The notes under the pieces were generated by a model. The model was not told where the DNA came from, did not search any database, and worked only from the letters and a program-made list of their open reading frames with translations. This document shows, piece after piece, positions 1 to 12,434 of a stretch of DNA of 64,000 bases (the first letter of the stretch is position 1; every line of letters begins with the position of its first letter). This DNA is from an uncultured Gemmatimonadaceae bacterium (GTDB lineage Bacteria > Gemmatimonadota > Gemmatimonadetes > Gemmatimonadales > Gemmatimonadaceae): the NCBI GenBank assembly GCA_963829055.1, contig CAWHHI010000020.1, positions 288,001 through 352,000 on the forward strand. Direction: 5' to 3'. A program made the translations under genes and the position numbers.

Positions 1-141
1 CGCTCGAAGACGAGGTGGAGACGGCCATGATACGAACCTACACCACGCACCTTTCGTGAGCGTAAAGGTTCTGTCCCGGCACGTACCACTAGTATTGAGG
101 ACGCGCGTTGCGCGCGGGCACCAGCCAAAGGACGGGTCATA

Positions 142-840
142 GTGCGAACGCTCGGCGTGCTTGGCGGGATGAGCTGGGAATCGACGGCCGAGTACTATCG
201 GCTGCTCAACCGCGGTGTGTCGGAGCGACTCGGCGGGCTGCATTCGGCACGGCTGCTCGTGCATAGCGTGGATTTCGCCGACGTCGCGGCAATGCAACAA
301 GCCGGCGACTGGAGGGCGGCGGGCGCGCTGCTGGGCGAGGCAGCGGCGGGCCTCGAGCGCGCTGGAGCCGAGGCGATCGTGCTGGCGACGAACACCATGC
401 ACTACGTAGCGGCGGAGATCGAACGCGCCATCGCTATCCCGCTCCTTCATATCGTCGACCCAACGGGCGAGGCACTCGCGCGACACGGTGTGACCCGTGC
501 CGGACTGCTCGGGACGCGGTACACGATGGAGCTTCCGTTCTGGCGAGAGCGGCTGCTCGCGCGTTACGGCATCGATCTCGTCGTGCCGGATGATGCGGAC
601 CGCGCGCTCGTGCATCGCGTGATCTTCGACGAGCTGTGTCGAGGACGGATCGACGCCGGCTCGCGGGCGGAGTACGTCGCAGTGACGGAGCGGCTGCGCG
701 CGAAGGGTGCGGAGGCAGTGATCTTCGGCTGCACGGAGATCGGGCTGCTGCTCGGGCCGGACGACGTGTCGCTGCCGGCGTTCGACACGACGGTGTTGCA
801 CTCGGCGGCGGCGGTGGAGTTCGCGGTGACGGGGCCATAG
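142..840 (+). CDS. Aspartate/glutamate racemase family protein (RacX/YgeA-like)
   Basis: GVLGGMSWEST N-terminus, ATNTMH and GCTEI catalytic motifs; intact 232 aa ORF. Confidence 0.92.
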   Translation: MRTLGVLGGMSWESTAEYYRLLNRGVSERLGGLHSARLLVHSVDFADVAAMQQAGDWRAAGALLGEAAAGLERAGAEAIVLATNTMHYVAAEIERAIAIPLLHIVDPTGEALARHGVTRAGLLGTRYTMELPFWRERLLARYGIDLVVPDDADRALVHRVIFDELCRGRIDAGSRAEYVAVTERLRAKGAEAVIFGCTEIGLLLGPDDVSLPAFDTTVLHSAAAVEFAVTGP

Positions 841-899
841 GAAGGAGGCCGCAGGAAGGAGGCCGGAGAATGCAGGCCTCAGGAAGGAGGCCATAGGCC
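832..899. repeat. 14-bp period tandem repeat (GGAAGGAGGCCnnn x4)
   Basis: ggaaggaggccgca/ggaaggaggccgga/gaatgcaggcctca/ggaaggaggccata directly after the racemase stop; related unit at ~56850-56880. Confidence 0.8.
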
Positions 900-955
900 G
901 GCAGCAGTTCGTACTAGGCGTTAGGCACATCTCGGCCACTCGAGGAGGGGTTCGT

Positions 956-1427
956 ATGCACCGTATTCTCGTGTGCTTGCTTATCGCAGGCGTCATGACG
1001 ATTCGGCCGGCGCCGATATTCCGCCCAGGCGCCAGCCGCTACGGCGACAGCGCCGCTGCCTTCCATCACGTTGCCGCCTGCGCTCGATCGCGTGCTTCGT
1101 GATTATGAGCGGGCGTGGCGGGCGCGGAATGCGGACTCGCTGGCGGCGCTGTTCACCCAGGACGGGTTCACGCTCTCGTCCAGCCAACCCATGCGACGCG
1201 GGCGCGCCGCCATCCGCGACGGGTACGCGAACAGCGGCGGGCCGCTCGCGCTCCGCGCGGTCGCGTACGCGGCGGACGACACCGTGGGGTACATCATCGG
1301 CGCGTACGCGCGAGAGAGCGGCGATCCGGATATCGGAAAGTTCGTGCTCGCCCTCCGGCGCACGTCCGGAGGGCCGTGGCGGATCGCCGCGGACATGGAC
1401 AATGGCAACGGTCCGCCACGTCGTTAG
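956..1427 (+). CDS. Secreted NTF2-like / DUF4440 protein (one frameshift near 1020)
   Basis: GAGGAGG RBS and ATG 956 with signal-like start; C-terminal frame 1071-1427 has YERAWRARNADSLAALFTQDG ... GKFVLALRR..WRIAADMDN. Confidence 0.75.
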
Positions 1428-1431
1428 GCTG

Positions 1432-2739
1432 TCAGAATTGCGCCGCCTCCGTCGACCCGGCGAGCGCGACCGTCGATGCGATACCGCCGGACACGAGCTG
1501 CGTCACCGCATCGAAGTACCCGGTACCGACCTCGCGCTGGTGGCGCGTCGCGGTGTAGCCTAACGCTTCGGCCGCGAACTCCGCCTCCTGCAGCTCCGCA
1601 TACGCGGCCATGCCGCGCGTCCGATACGACTCGGCCAGCTGGAACATGCCGTAGTTCAGCGAGTGGAAGCCGGCGAGCGTCACGAACTGGAACTTGTAAC
1701 CCATCGCCCCGAGCTCGCGCTGGAATCGCGCGATCGTGCTCGCGTCGAGCTTCTTCTTCCAGTTGAACGACGGCGAGCAGTTGTAGGCGAGCATCTTCCC
1801 CGGGAATTTCTCGTGCACGCTGTCGGCGAACTGACGCGCTTCGTCGAGATCGGGCGTCGATGTCTCGCACCAGAGGAGGTCCGCGTACGGAGCATAGGCA
1901 ACGCCGCGGGCGATCGCGCAGTCGAGCCCACCCGAGATGCGGAAGAAACCTTCCGGCGTTCGCTCGCCCGTGATGAAGGGGCGGTCTCGCTCGTCGACGT
2001 CGCTCGTCAGCAGTCGCGCGCTGTCGGCATCGGTGCGGGCGATGATCACGGTCGGCACGTCGAGCACGTCGGCGGCGAGCCGCGCGGCGACGAGGGTACG
2101 AATGAACTGCCCCGTCGGCAGCAGCACCTTGCCGCCCAGGTGGCCACACTTCTTCTCGGACGAGAGCTGATCCTCGAAGTGCACGCCCGACGCGCCCGCC
2201 TCGATCATCGCCTTCATCAGCTCGAACGCGTTCAGTGGACCGCCGAACCCTGCCTCCGCATCCGCCACGATGGGCGCGAACCAGTAGTGCTCGCCGCGCT
2301 TGCCTTCGGATGCTTCGATCTCATCGGCTCGCATGAGCGCCTGATTGATGCGCCGCACCACGGATGGAACGCTGTTGGCCGGATACAGGCTCTGGTCCGG
2401 GTAGGTCTGTCCCGAGAGGTTCGCGTCGGCGGCGACCTGCCAGCCGCTGAGATAGATGGCCTCGAGTCCGCCGCGGACCTGCTGGACGGCCTGGTTGCCG
2501 GTGAGTGCGCCGAGTGCGTGGACGTAGTCGCGCGTCGTGAGCAGCTCCCAGAGCCGCCGTGCGCCGACCTGCGCCAGCGTATGGTGTACGACGACCGAGC
2601 TGCGCAGGCGCTCGACGTCCTCGGTGGTGTACGGGCGCTGAACGCCGGCCCAGCGCGACTCGGCGCCACCGACTGGCGTGGTGGCGTCAGCGTTAGGCAG
2701 CACCGGGTCGGTCGTCAGGTCGTTGATGATGGTCGCCAT
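1432..2739 (-). CDS. aceA: Isocitrate lyase
   Basis: [10 protein letters not shown] active-site motif, [22 protein letters not shown]; intact 435 aa. Confidence 0.98.
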   Translation of the reverse strand: MATIINDLTTDPVLPNADATTPVGGAESRWAGVQRPYTTEDVERLRSSVVVHHTLAQVGARRLWELLTTRDYVHALGALTGNQAVQQVRGGLEAIYLSGWQVAADANLSGQTYPDQSLYPANSVPSVVRRINQALMRADEIEASEGKRGEHYWFAPIVADAEAGFGGPLNAFELMKAMIEAGASGVHFEDQLSSEKKCGHLGGKVLLPTGQFIRTLVAARLAADVLDVPTVIIARTDADSARLLTSDVDERDRPFITGERTPEGFFRISGGLDCAIARGVAYAPYADLLWCETSTPDLDEARQFADSVHEKFPGKMLAYNCSPSFNWKKKLDASTIARFQRELGAMGYKFQFVTLAGFHSLNYGMFQLAESYRTRGMAAYAELQEAEFAAEALGYTATRHQREVGTGYFDAVTQLVSGGIASTVALAGSTEAAQF

Positions 2740-2831
2740 CGCGTTGTCCTCTGGAGTTCGTGTGATTGCCGCGCAATGACGCCGTCATCTGTGACGTCGC
2801 CGGCCGCGTCCGTGGAGTCGGTCGGATCAGG

Positions 2832-4542
2832 TCAGTCGAGCCGGTCGTACGCGACGACCGTGAGGAATTCGCGCAGGTCGTAGTCGAGCGTGAGCGACGA
2901 GAAGATCTCGCACGCGTCGTCGAAGTGGCCGGTCTGGAACGCGTCCTCGCCGACGTCGCGCCGGATGGCGGTCACCTCGTCCTCGATCATGGCGGCCACG
3001 AGGCGCGGGCAGACCTCGCGGCCGTCATCGAGCCGAGCGCCGTGACGAAGCCATTGCCAGAGCTGCGCCCGGGAGATCTCCGCGGTCGCGACGTCTTCCA
3101 TCAGGTTGTACAGCGGGACCGCGCCCGCACCGCCGAGCCACGCGGCGAGATAGCGAATGCCGACGCGGATGTTGAGGCGGAGTCCATCCTCGGTGCGAGG
3201 TCCCGTCGGGATGCCTAACAAGTCTTGCGGCGGTGACGTGGACGTCTTCGCGGCGGACGTGACGCTGGTCGTCGCCGGTCATTCCGGCGGCGAACGCGTC
3301 TCGTGCGACGAGCACGAGCGCCGGGTGCGCGACCCAGGTGCCGTCGTGTCCGTCACCGGCCTCGCGCTGCTTGTCCGCGGCCACCTTCTCGAGTGCCGCG
3401 GCGTTCGCGAGCGCATCATCACGCACGGGGATCTGCGCCGCCATGCCGCCGATGGCGAACGCATCTCGGCGGTGACACGTGCGGACGACGAGCTGCGTGT
3501 AGGCCCGCATGTTCGGCTGCGTCATGGTGACCGCGGCCCGATCCGGGAACACCGCGCCGGGGTCGTGGCGACGCATCTTGATCGAGCTGAAGATGTAGTC
3601 CCAGCGACCGCAGTTGAGCCCCGAGGCATGCTCGCGGAGCTCCCACAGGATCTCGTCCATCTCGAACGCCGCCGGCAGCGTCTCGATGAGCACCGTCGCG
3701 CGGATCGTGCCGTGCGGGATGCCTAACGTGTCCTGGGCGTGGCGGAAGACGGTGTTCCAGAAGCGCGCCTCGCGATGACTCTCGAGCTTGGGCAGGTAGA
3801 AGTACGGGCCCGTTCCGCGCTCGACGAGCGCGTGCGCGTTATGGAAGAAGTAGAGACCGAAATCCACGAGGGCAGCCGGCACGGGCCGGCCGTCGAGCAG
3901 CAGGTGGTGCTCCATGAGGTGCAATCCGCGCGGCCGCACGACGAGCGTCGCGCGCTTCGGGGCGAGCCGGTAGGACTTGCCCGTCACGGGGTCCTCCAAC
4001 GCGATGGTGCCGCGCACGGCGTCGCGCAGGTTGACCTGGCCGTCGATGATGTTCTCCCAGGTCGGCGAGCACGCGTCCTCGAAGTCCGCCATGAACACGT
4101 CGGCGCCGGAGTTGAGCGCGTTGATCATCATCTTGCGATCGACCGGCGCGGTGATCTCGACGACGCGGCGCCGGAGGTCGGTGGGGGCCGGTGCCACCGT
4201 CCATTCGGCGTCGCGGATCGATTGCGTCTCGGGCAGGAAGTCGAGTCGGTCTTCACCGCGCTCGAGGCGTTCTCGCCGGTCGGCGCGGGCCGCCAGGAGC
4301 TCGCGAACCGCAGGTCCGAAGCGGTCCACGAGGTCGGCGACGAACGCCAGCGCTTCCGGCGTGAGCACGACGGCCGACCCGCCCGGCGCCGCTCGGCCAA
4401 CGGGGTGGCGGACGTCGACCCGGCGCGCGGTGGCGGCGTCGGCGCCGCTTGGCTCGGAGCCGCTTGGCGACGATGCCACGGACACCGGATGGCGTGGCCC
4501 GCGCGGGAATTCGGGCTCGAATCGAAGCGGTTGCGCTGTCAT
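2832..4542 (-). CDS. aceB: Malate synthase A (frameshift near 3222)
   Basis: [39 protein letters not shown] and [19 protein letters not shown] across two frames; likely ATG 4542 with GAGGA RBS. Confidence 0.95.
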
Positions 4543-4652
4543 TGGGTTCCTCGAGCTCAGCGCACCGGCGCGATGCCGGGCGACGGTGACTTCCGCTCGA
4601 TACCGCTCCATGGTGGTGGAGCGCGTGAGAGCGTGGGTGTAGCGTCGCCTGC

Positions 4653-4763
4653 TTTGCAAACTGGCAACCATGGCAGTGCCTGACAACCAACATTCAGGAA
4701 TTCAACGAGTTGGCCGGTCGCCAATTGTGAAGACGCTTGCTGTGAATCTGAAAAGTTTGTAAA
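4653..4763. promoter_or_regulatory. Candidate RamB/PrpR-type operators in the divergent aceB / regulator intergenic region
   Basis: TTTGCAAA palindrome at 4653-4660 and TTTGTAAA at 4756-4763 in an AT-rich island; resembles the TTTGCAAA core bound by RamB/PrpR-family regulators. Confidence 0.6.
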
Positions 4764-4788
4764 TCACAGATCCATCGCGGAGGCGACC

Positions 4789-6228
4789 GTGGCAGACCCC
4801 GTGTTCCTTGGCCGACGCATCCGGTCGCTCCGCGTGCGACTTGGCGTCAGCCAGGCCGACCTCGCGAAGCGACTCGGGATCTCGTCGAGCTACCTCAACC
4901 TCCTGGAGCACGACCGGCGGCCCGTCACCGCTCCGCTCCTGCTCGAGCTGTCCCGCGTCCTCGACGTCGACCTTCGCGTTCTTGCCGGAGGCTCCGCGGA
5001 CGCCGAGCTGGTGGCGACGCTCACCGAGATCTTTGGCGAGCCCCTGTTCGAGGATCATCCGCTGACCGCCGCGGACGTGCGTGCGCTCGTCGCCGCGAGC
5101 CCCGACGTCGCGCGCGCGATCGTCCGCCTTCACGAGGGCTACGCGAGCACACGGGCGTCACTGGAGATGCTCGGTCACCAGCTGCTCGACGACCCCCAGG
5201 AGCTCGGCAACCTCGACCGCGCTCGACTCTCGTCGGAGCAGGTGTCGGACTTCATCCAGCGCCACGGCAACTACTTTCCGACGCTCGAGACCGAGGCGGA
5301 CCGTCTGCTCGCGGACAGCGGTGGCGACGGCGAGGATCTCTTCGGCCGCCTAACGCGGTACCTCGAGCGGACGCACGGGGTCCGCGTGCGCACCGTGACC
5401 GTCGGCGAGATGCGCGGCGCCGTCCGTCGCTTCGATCCCGAGCGCCGCGAGCTCCAGCTTTCCGAGATCCTCCGGCGCGGGTCACGGAACTTCCAGCTCG
5501 CCGTTCAGGCCGCCCTTCTCGGCAGCTCGCGCGCACTCGAGGCGCTGACGGTCGACCCGAAGCTCCCGAGCGACGAGTCGCGCTCGCTCGCACGCGTCGC
5601 ACTGGCCGGCTACCTCGCCGGTGCCGTGCTCATGCCGTACGACGCGTTCCTCCGCGCGGCCGAAGCGGAGCGATACGACATCGAGCTGCTCGGTCACCGC
5701 TTCCGCGTCGGCTGGGAGCAGACCTGTCACCGCCTCACGACGCTCCGACGTCCGGGCGCCGAGGGTGTGCCGTTCTACATGCTGCGCGTGGACATCGCGG
5801 GGAACATCTCCAAGCGCTTCAGCGCGGCAGGCATCCGGTTTCCGCGATTCAGTGGGCTGTGCTCACTGTGGAACGTACATGCGGCGTTCCTGCAGCCTGG
5901 GCGTGTCCGCGTGCAGCTCTCGCGGATGCTCGATGGACACACGGTGCTGGCCGTCGCGCGCACGGTGCAGCGGCATTCGGGCAGCTACAAGGCGCTCGAG
6001 GCGCCATACGCCGTGGGCATCGGCTGCGATTCGTCCCACGCGCGCCGACTCGTCTACTCCGACGGGCTCGACATCGACAATGCGGCGGCGGCGGTGCCGA
6101 TCGGCATCACCTGTCGGCTGTGCGAGCGTGCGGATTGCACCGCGCGCGCCGTGCCGTCGCTCGGAGGCGCGCTCCGGATCGATGAGAACGTACGCGGCGT
6201 GTCGTTCTTCGCGCCGGTGCCTTCATAG
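4789..6228 (+). CDS. ramB: RamB/ScfR (short-chain fatty acyl-CoA) family regulator: XRE HTH + central domain + C-terminal Cys cluster
   Basis: LGISSSYLNLLEHDRRP HTH, EQTCHRLTTLRRPG, RVDIAGNISKRFS, PIGITCRLCERADC; divergent from aceBA. Confidence 0.88.
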   Translation: MADPVFLGRRIRSLRVRLGVSQADLAKRLGISSSYLNLLEHDRRPVTAPLLLELSRVLDVDLRVLAGGSADAELVATLTEIFGEPLFEDHPLTAADVRALVAASPDVARAIVRLHEGYASTRASLEMLGHQLLDDPQELGNLDRARLSSEQVSDFIQRHGNYFPTLETEADRLLADSGGDGEDLFGRLTRYLERTHGVRVRTVTVGEMRGAVRRFDPERRELQLSEILRRGSRNFQLAVQAALLGSSRALEALTVDPKLPSDESRSLARVALAGYLAGAVLMPYDAFLRAAEAERYDIELLGHRFRVGWEQTCHRLTTLRRPGAEGVPFYMLRVDIAGNISKRFSAAGIRFPRFSGLCSLWNVHAAFLQPGRVRVQLSRMLDGHTVLAVARTVQRHSGSYKALEAPYAVGIGCDSSHARRLVYSDGLDIDNAAAAVPIGITCRLCERADCTARAVPSLGGALRIDENVRGVSFFAPVPS

Positions 6229-6307
6229 CATCACGACCATAGCATCACGACGGCTGATCGTTGGACGAAAAAGCATGACCGGCTCCGTCGCGGAACAGCA
6301 CTACGGA

Positions 6308-6593
6308 ACGCAGAACGCGCAGGGCCGCTGCGCGGCCATCGCAGAAGGACGCAGAAAAGAGCCGCTCGGGACACGGTGGGGACACCGAGCCTTTGAGAAA
6401 GGGGACAACCTCGGGACGCATTGGCCAGTCCGAGGCCGAGGTCATCCCGAGCGGCAGCGATTGTCATCCCGAGCAGACGCGAGGGTCGACGTCATCGGAG
6501 CCAGTCCGGCCAGGTGTACGCGAAGATCCTCGTCGCTGCCGCTCCTGGGATGCGCATTGCGTCGCGCGCGAAGCGCGCCTGCGTATTCTGCGT
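6308..6593. repeat. Intergenic inverted repeat enclosing a REP-like GTCATCCCGAGC element
   Basis: acgcagaacgcgcagg (6308-6323) pairs 14/16 with cctgcgtattctgcgt (6578-6593); two gtcatcccgagc arms inside at 6441 and 6463. Confidence 0.65.
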
Positions 6594-6635
6594 TGCGCAG
6601 TGCCGACGCCACACCCCAGCATGGGGCCACCAGCT

Positions 6636-9600
6636 CTAGACTTCGAGCCGATCTCCAGGCCGCGCCGCCACGGCATACAGCGCAGGCATCAGGTAGACGC
6701 TGATCAGCAGCCGCGAGAACAGCCCACCGACGATCACGAGCGCGAACGGCCGCTGCGAGTCCGACCCGACCCCGCTCGACAGCGCGGCCGGCAGCAGGCC
6801 TAACGCGGCGACGAGCGCGGTCATCATGATCGGCCGGAGCCGCAGCAGCGCCGCCTCGCGACGTCGCGTCGGCGATACTCTTCCCCGTCCGCCGCAGCTC
6901 GTTCACGTACGAGATGTAGACGATCGCCGTCTGCACCGACACGCCGAACAGCGCCAGGAACCCGATCCCCGACGACACCGAGAACGGCGTTCCCGTAAGC
7001 TCGAGCGCGAGCAACCCGCCGATCGGCGCCGAGAGCACCACGCCCACGACCGTGATGAACGGGAACTTGAAGTTGTTGTAGAGCGCGAACAGGATCACGA
7101 AGATCAGCGTCAGCGTCACCGGCAGAATGAACTGCAGCTGCGCGCGCGACGCCGTGTACTCCTCGTACTCGCCGCCCCACACGACGCGATAGCCGGCCGG
7201 CATCGGCACCGCCGCGGCCACCTTCCGCTGCGCCTCCTGCACCGCGCCCGCGAGATCTCTGCCCTCGACCGAGTACTGGACTCCGATGAACCGGGAGTTG
7301 TCCTGCCGGTAGATGAACGACGCGCCGTTCGCGAGCTGGATGTCCGCGAGCTCGCGCAGCGGCACGCGCTGCCCGTCCGCCGTCGCGACGAGAATGTTGC
7401 CGATCTGCTCCGGCGTCTCGCGATACTGCGGCTGCGAGCCGAACGACGAGATCGAACAGCCGCTCGCCCTGCGCGACCTGCGTCGCGGCCGCTGCCGCCG
7501 ACCGCGGCCTCGATCAGCCCGTTGATGTCGGCGACGTTGATCCCGTAGCGCGCGATCTTCGCCCGGTCGATGTCGATCGTCAGGCTCGGCTGACCGAGCT
7601 CCTGCACCACCGTCACGTGCTTCACGCCGCGCACCTGGTCGAGCACGCGCTTCACCGCGCGCCCCTTCTGCTCGAGCACCGCGAGGTCGGTGCCGAACAC
7701 CTTCACGTCGAGCGAGCTCTTGAGCCCCGTCTCCGCTTCGTCGACCGCGTCCTCCGCCGGCTGCGTGAAGTTGAACGTGATGCCCGGGAACACCTTGAGC
7801 TTGTCGCCCACCGCCGCGATGAGCTCGGGCCTTCGTCGCGATACGCGCCGTTCCACTCGCTGTACGGCTTGAGCCCGACGTAGAACTCGGCGTTGAAGAA
7901 GCCCGTCGGATCGGTGCCGTCATCGGGACGGCCGTGCTCCGACGCGACGACCGTCACCTCGGGGAACGAGCGCAGGATCTCGCGCACCTGCGGCACGATC
8001 TTCGACGACTCCTCGAACGAGATCGTGTACGGCATCGTCGCCCGCACCCACAGCGCGCCCTCGTCGAGCTTCGGCATGAACTCGGCGCCGATGCGCGGGA
8101 TGAGCAGCATCGAAAGCGCGAACACGGCAGTCGACAGCGCCGATCGTCCACCACGGGCGCGCGAGCGCACGCGTCAGGCCGCGCGCATACTGCGCGCGGA
8201 TCCACTCGTAGACGGGATTCCGCCGCTCGCGCACGCCGCGCTCGCAGCAACCACGCGCACAGCACGGGCAAGCAGCGTCAGCGTGACGATGAGCGCGCCG
8301 ATCAGCGCGAAGATCGTCGTGTCCGCCATCGGCTCGAACAGCTTGCCCGACGGTCCGCGCAGCACGTAGATCGGCAGGAAGCTCGCGATGATCACCGCCA
8401 CCGCGTAGAAGATCGGCCGGTCCACCTCGGCCGCCGCGGCAATGATCGTGTGCACGACGCCGAGCCGTTCCACCTCAGGGTCAGCCAGCCGTCGATAGAT
8501 GTTCTCGACCATGACGACAGCGCCGTCGACGAGAATGCCGAAGTCGATCGCGCCGATGGACAGCAGGTTCGCCGGAATGTCGCGCAGGTCGAGGCAGATG
8601 AACGCGAACAGCAGCGACAGCGGAATCGTCACCGCGACGATGAGCCCGGACCGGAAGTCGTACAGGAAGAAGATGAGGACGATCGACGACGAGCACGATG
8701 CCGCGAAGCAGGTTGTCCTCGACCGTCCGCGTCGTCAGGCGAATGAGGTCGCTGCGATCGTAGAACGGAACGATCTTCACGTCCTTCGGCAGGATCTCGT
8801 TGTTCAGCTCGTCGCGTCTTCTTCTGGATGCCCTTGAGAACGGTCTGCGCCTGCTCGCCCGTGCGCAGCGTGACGACGCCCTCGACGGCGTCGTTCTGAT
8901 TCTGGAAGCCGAACTGGCCGAGTCGCGGCGCCGCGCCGATCACGACCTGCGCCGATGTCCTTCACGAGCACCGGCGTTCCGTCGTGCACGGCGAGGACGA
9001 CGTTACCGATGTCTTCCGTCGTCGCGACGCGGCCGAGGCCGCGCACGTAGTAGAACTGCCCGCCCTCGGAGTAGAAGCCGCCGCCGGCGTTGCCGTTGTT
9101 CGCGCCGAGCGCCGTCGCGACGTCGCGGCACGCTGAGCCCGGCGCCGGCGAGCTTCGCCGGATCGATCAGCACCTGGTACTGCATCGTCTCGCCGCCTAA
9201 CGACTCGAGGTCGGCGACGCCGGGCACGGACTTGTAGCCGCGATCGATCACCCAGTCCTGCAGGATGTGCAGATCCCGCGCGGAACGGTCAGGGCTCTGC
9301 AGCACGTAGCGATAGACCAGCCCCGACGGCGAGAACAGCGGCGACACGCCCGCCGACACGCCCTCCGGCAGCTCGACGTCGGGCACGCGCTCGAACACGC
9401 GCTGGCGCGCGAAGTAGTTGTCGGTGCCGTCCACGAACGTGAGCGTGACGTCGGACAGCCCGTACAGCGAGACCGAGCGCATCACCCGAAGTCCGGGCAG
9501 ACCGTTCATCTGCAGTCTCGACGGGCGCCGTGATCAGCCGCTCGACCTCCTCCGCGGCGTGACCCGGCCACTGCGTGATGATCTCCACCATCGGCGGCGA

Positions 9601-9858
9601 GAGATCCGGATACGCATCGACAGGCAGACGCTTGAACGACCAGAACCCGAGCGCCGACGATCGCCAGCGCCGCGAGCACGACGAGCAGCCGCTGGCGAAG
9701 CGAGATGGCGACGATGCGGTTGACGAACGATGGCCTGCGCGCGGCTTCCTCCGCCTCGGCGTGCGCGAGCTCGTGCCTCCACGTATCCGACCGTTACCGC
9801 CTGACGGTGCCCCGTCATCGACCACGGGACTCGACGGTGTTTCGACGCGATCGCTCAC
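6636..9858 (-). CDS. CusA/CzcA family heavy-metal RND efflux permease (multiple frameshifts)
   Basis: LPVDAYPDLSPPMVEIITQWPG, ANLLSIGAIDFGILVDGAVVMVEN, EFMPKLDEG, GIGFLALFGVSV, MMTALVAALGLLP..GSDSQRPFA in successive frames; GTGA overlap with the MFP stop. Confidence 0.9.
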
Positions 9859-11102
9859 TGGCTCTGCGCGAACTGCACGAACAGCGCGCCCTCGGAGATG
9901 ATGCGTTCGCCCGCCTTGACTCCGGCCTTCACCTCGTACTGGTCGCCGACGCGAGAGCCGAGCGTGATCTGGCGCCTCGCGAACGAGGTGCCCTTCGCGC
10001 TCGTCACTTCCACGAACACGAACGGCAGGTTGTCGTCGTCGCGCAGCACCGACGTCACCGGGATGAGCAGTCCGCTCCGTCCGCGCGACGCGTGAATCGC
10101 GACCTGTACGTACATGTCCTTCTTGAGCAGTCGCCGCGTGTTCGGCACCACGACGCGAACCGGCGTCGCCTTCGTGTTCGGATCCACGAGCGCGGCGATG
10201 TACGCCACGCGTCCGACGAACGGCGTCGGCGATGCGGTCGTCGTCACCTCCGCACGGTCGCCCACCTGCACGGCCGAGAGGTCCGACTCGAACACGCTCG
10301 TCTGTACCCACATCGTCGCGAGGTTCGCGATCGTGTACGTCGGCGTGGACCCCGCCTGCAGCAGCTGCCCCGGGTTGATGAGCCGCTCGACGACGGTACC
10401 GTCGATCGGCGCGCGAATCGCCGCCTGCATCGTCGGCACGTCCTTGCCGTCGCGGAGCGCCGCGATCGACGCGTCGTCCACGCCTAACGCGCGGAGCTGC
10501 TGCAGCGCGGCGTCACGGTCGGCCCCGGCCGCCACAGCGTCCGTCTGCGCCTGCTCGAGGTCGCGCTTGGCGATCGCGTCGTTCTTCCAGAGCTGCTCGT
10601 CGAGATCCGCGACGCGCTTGGCCTGCACCCACGCGGCCTGCGCTTTCCGGAAGTCGGCGACCGTGGACGCAAAGTCCGGCGAGGACACGAGCGCCAACGC
10701 CTGCCCCGCGCGCACCGACGCGCCCGGCTCCGCCAGAATGCGGGTGACCGGCCCGGAGATCGGCGCGAGCACCTGCGTGGACACGTCGGCGTCGAACTGC
10801 GCCGTGCCCGTCGCCTGAATGGTCGGCCGGAAGTCCGACTGCGCCACCGGCTCGATGTGGAGCCGCGCCAGCTGCTCGGCCGGAACGATCACGGTGCCGG
10901 CGCTCGCGCCGTTCCCCGTATCCGCCGGCGACGCTGCGTTCGCCGCCGGTGTCCCGGCCGCGCTGCGCGCCGAATCGGACTCGGCGTTCGATTGCGAGCA
11001 GGCACCTAACGCGAAACTCGTCACCGCGATCGTCGTCCACGCAACCGCCTGTCGGCCAACCGAGCGCGAACGCGCGGGTGTGATTGCCTGATTACCGCGC
11101 AT
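9855..11102 (-). CDS. RND efflux periplasmic adaptor (MFP, CzcB/CusB-like)
   Basis: Lipoprotein-like ALGAC, APISGPVTRI, IRAPIDGTVVER, VDPNTKAT; lies between TolC and RND genes. Confidence 0.92.
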   Translation of the reverse strand: MRGNQAITPARSRSVGRQAVAWTTIAVTSFALGACSQSNAESDSARSAAGTPAANAASPADTGNGASAGTVIVPAEQLARLHIEPVAQSDFRPTIQATGTAQFDADVSTQVLAPISGPVTRILAEPGASVRAGQALALVSSPDFASTVADFRKAQAAWVQAKRVADLDEQLWKNDAIAKRDLEQAQTDAVAAGADRDAALQQLRALGVDDASIAALRDGKDVPTMQAAIRAPIDGTVVERLINPGQLLQAGSTPTYTIANLATMWVQTSVFESDLSAVQVGDRAEVTTTASPTPFVGRVAYIAALVDPNTKATPVRVVVPNTRRLLKKDMYVQVAIHASRGRSGLLIPVTSVLRDDDNLPFVFVEVTSAKGTSFARRQITLGSRVGDQYEVKAGVKAGERIISEGALFVQFAQSQ

Positions 11103-12434
11103 TGGACCCTCCGCTCTGGAGCGTGGAAAGTGGAGCACCTGTCGCACGCTCGAGATCGGCGATGGCGTCGTTCACCGCGGCGAGCGCCGCGGCGTATTGT
11201 GTCTGGGCATCGAGCAGCGTTCGCTGCGCGTCGATCACCTCGAGCGCCGACGACCCGCCGAGCGTGTAGCTGGCCGACGCGATGCGGAACGCCTCTCGCG
11301 CCGAGGGCAGCAGTTGATCGCGCAGGTAGACCGCCTGTCGGTACGACGTCGATGCCGTCGCGTAAGCGTTGCGAAGATCTTCGCCGACCTGCGCCGCGAC
11401 ATCGCGATACTGCGCTGAGAGCTCATTCTGCCGATGCTGCGCCTCGGCCACCTCACCGCGCTGGTGTTGCCAGAAGAAGATCGGCAACGCGAACCCGATG
11501 CCCGTCTCGTATTCAGAGACGCCGCCGTACGGCCGGCTCTGAGTCAGGCTGAAGTCCAGATCGGGGACGAGGTATCGCTGCGCGAGCTGCGCTTGCGCGC
11601 GTGCACCCGCCTGCTCGCTCTGCAAGCCGCGCAACTCCGGGCGACGCGCTATCGCGATTGCCTCGAGCTGCGCGAAGTCCGGCGGCACCGCAGGAATCGT
11701 CAGGCTGTCCGCCGCCTCGACGGACGCGCCGAGCACGCGACCCAACAATCGGTTGAGCGCGGCCCGTGCGTTCGCCACGCCGCGCTCGTTGGCGATGAGG
11801 TCATTTTCGGCTTGCGCGACGCTCACCTGCGCCTTGATGACATCGAGCTTCGCGACCGTGCCGGCGTTGAAACGGGCCTGGGTCTTGTCGAGAAAACCCT
11901 GCGTCAGCGTCCGAGCTTCCTCCAGATCTCGTCGATGCTGGAGCGACACGAGCAGCGAGTCATAGGCCTGGTTCGTCTGGAACACGATGAGCTGGCGCTG
12001 GAGCGTGTACGACTGATCGATGCTCCCGAGCTCGCCGCGCGCGACCTTCCCTTGCAAGATGATCTTGCCCGGGTAGGGAATCGTGATGCCGGCCGACACT
12101 TCTCTTGCGGTTCCACCGCCTGGACGGAATGCAGCCGGCTGGCCCTCGATGCTGACGCCAATCGATGGCTCGGGCAGCGCGCGAGCCTGCGTGACGCGGG
12201 CTTGTGCCTGCGCAACCTGTTCACGCGAGACCTCCAGCGTGGGGTTGCGGGCAAGTGCCTCATGGATGGCCTGTTGCCGCGTGAGGCGGAGGACGTGCGT
12301 TGTGCTGTCGGGCCGCTGCTGCGCGCTCGCGTCGCGAACGTGCCAGCAGGCAGAGAGGACCACCACAACCACCGCGACCGCAGCGCGCCGCGCGATGGAG
12401 AATGCGGTGGATGAAACCGAAAACGATGACGCAT
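11092..12434 (-). CDS. TolC/CzcC family outer-membrane efflux protein (start probably frameshifted)
   Basis: LTRQQAIHEALARNP, ARFNAGTVAKLDVIKAQ, SYTLGGSSALEVIDAQR OEP repeats. Confidence 0.92.

Noticed and set aside
3025..3230. Programmed frameshift or split malate synthase
   Set aside because: No slippery site; the same kind of single-base break occurs in dozens of unrelated genes.
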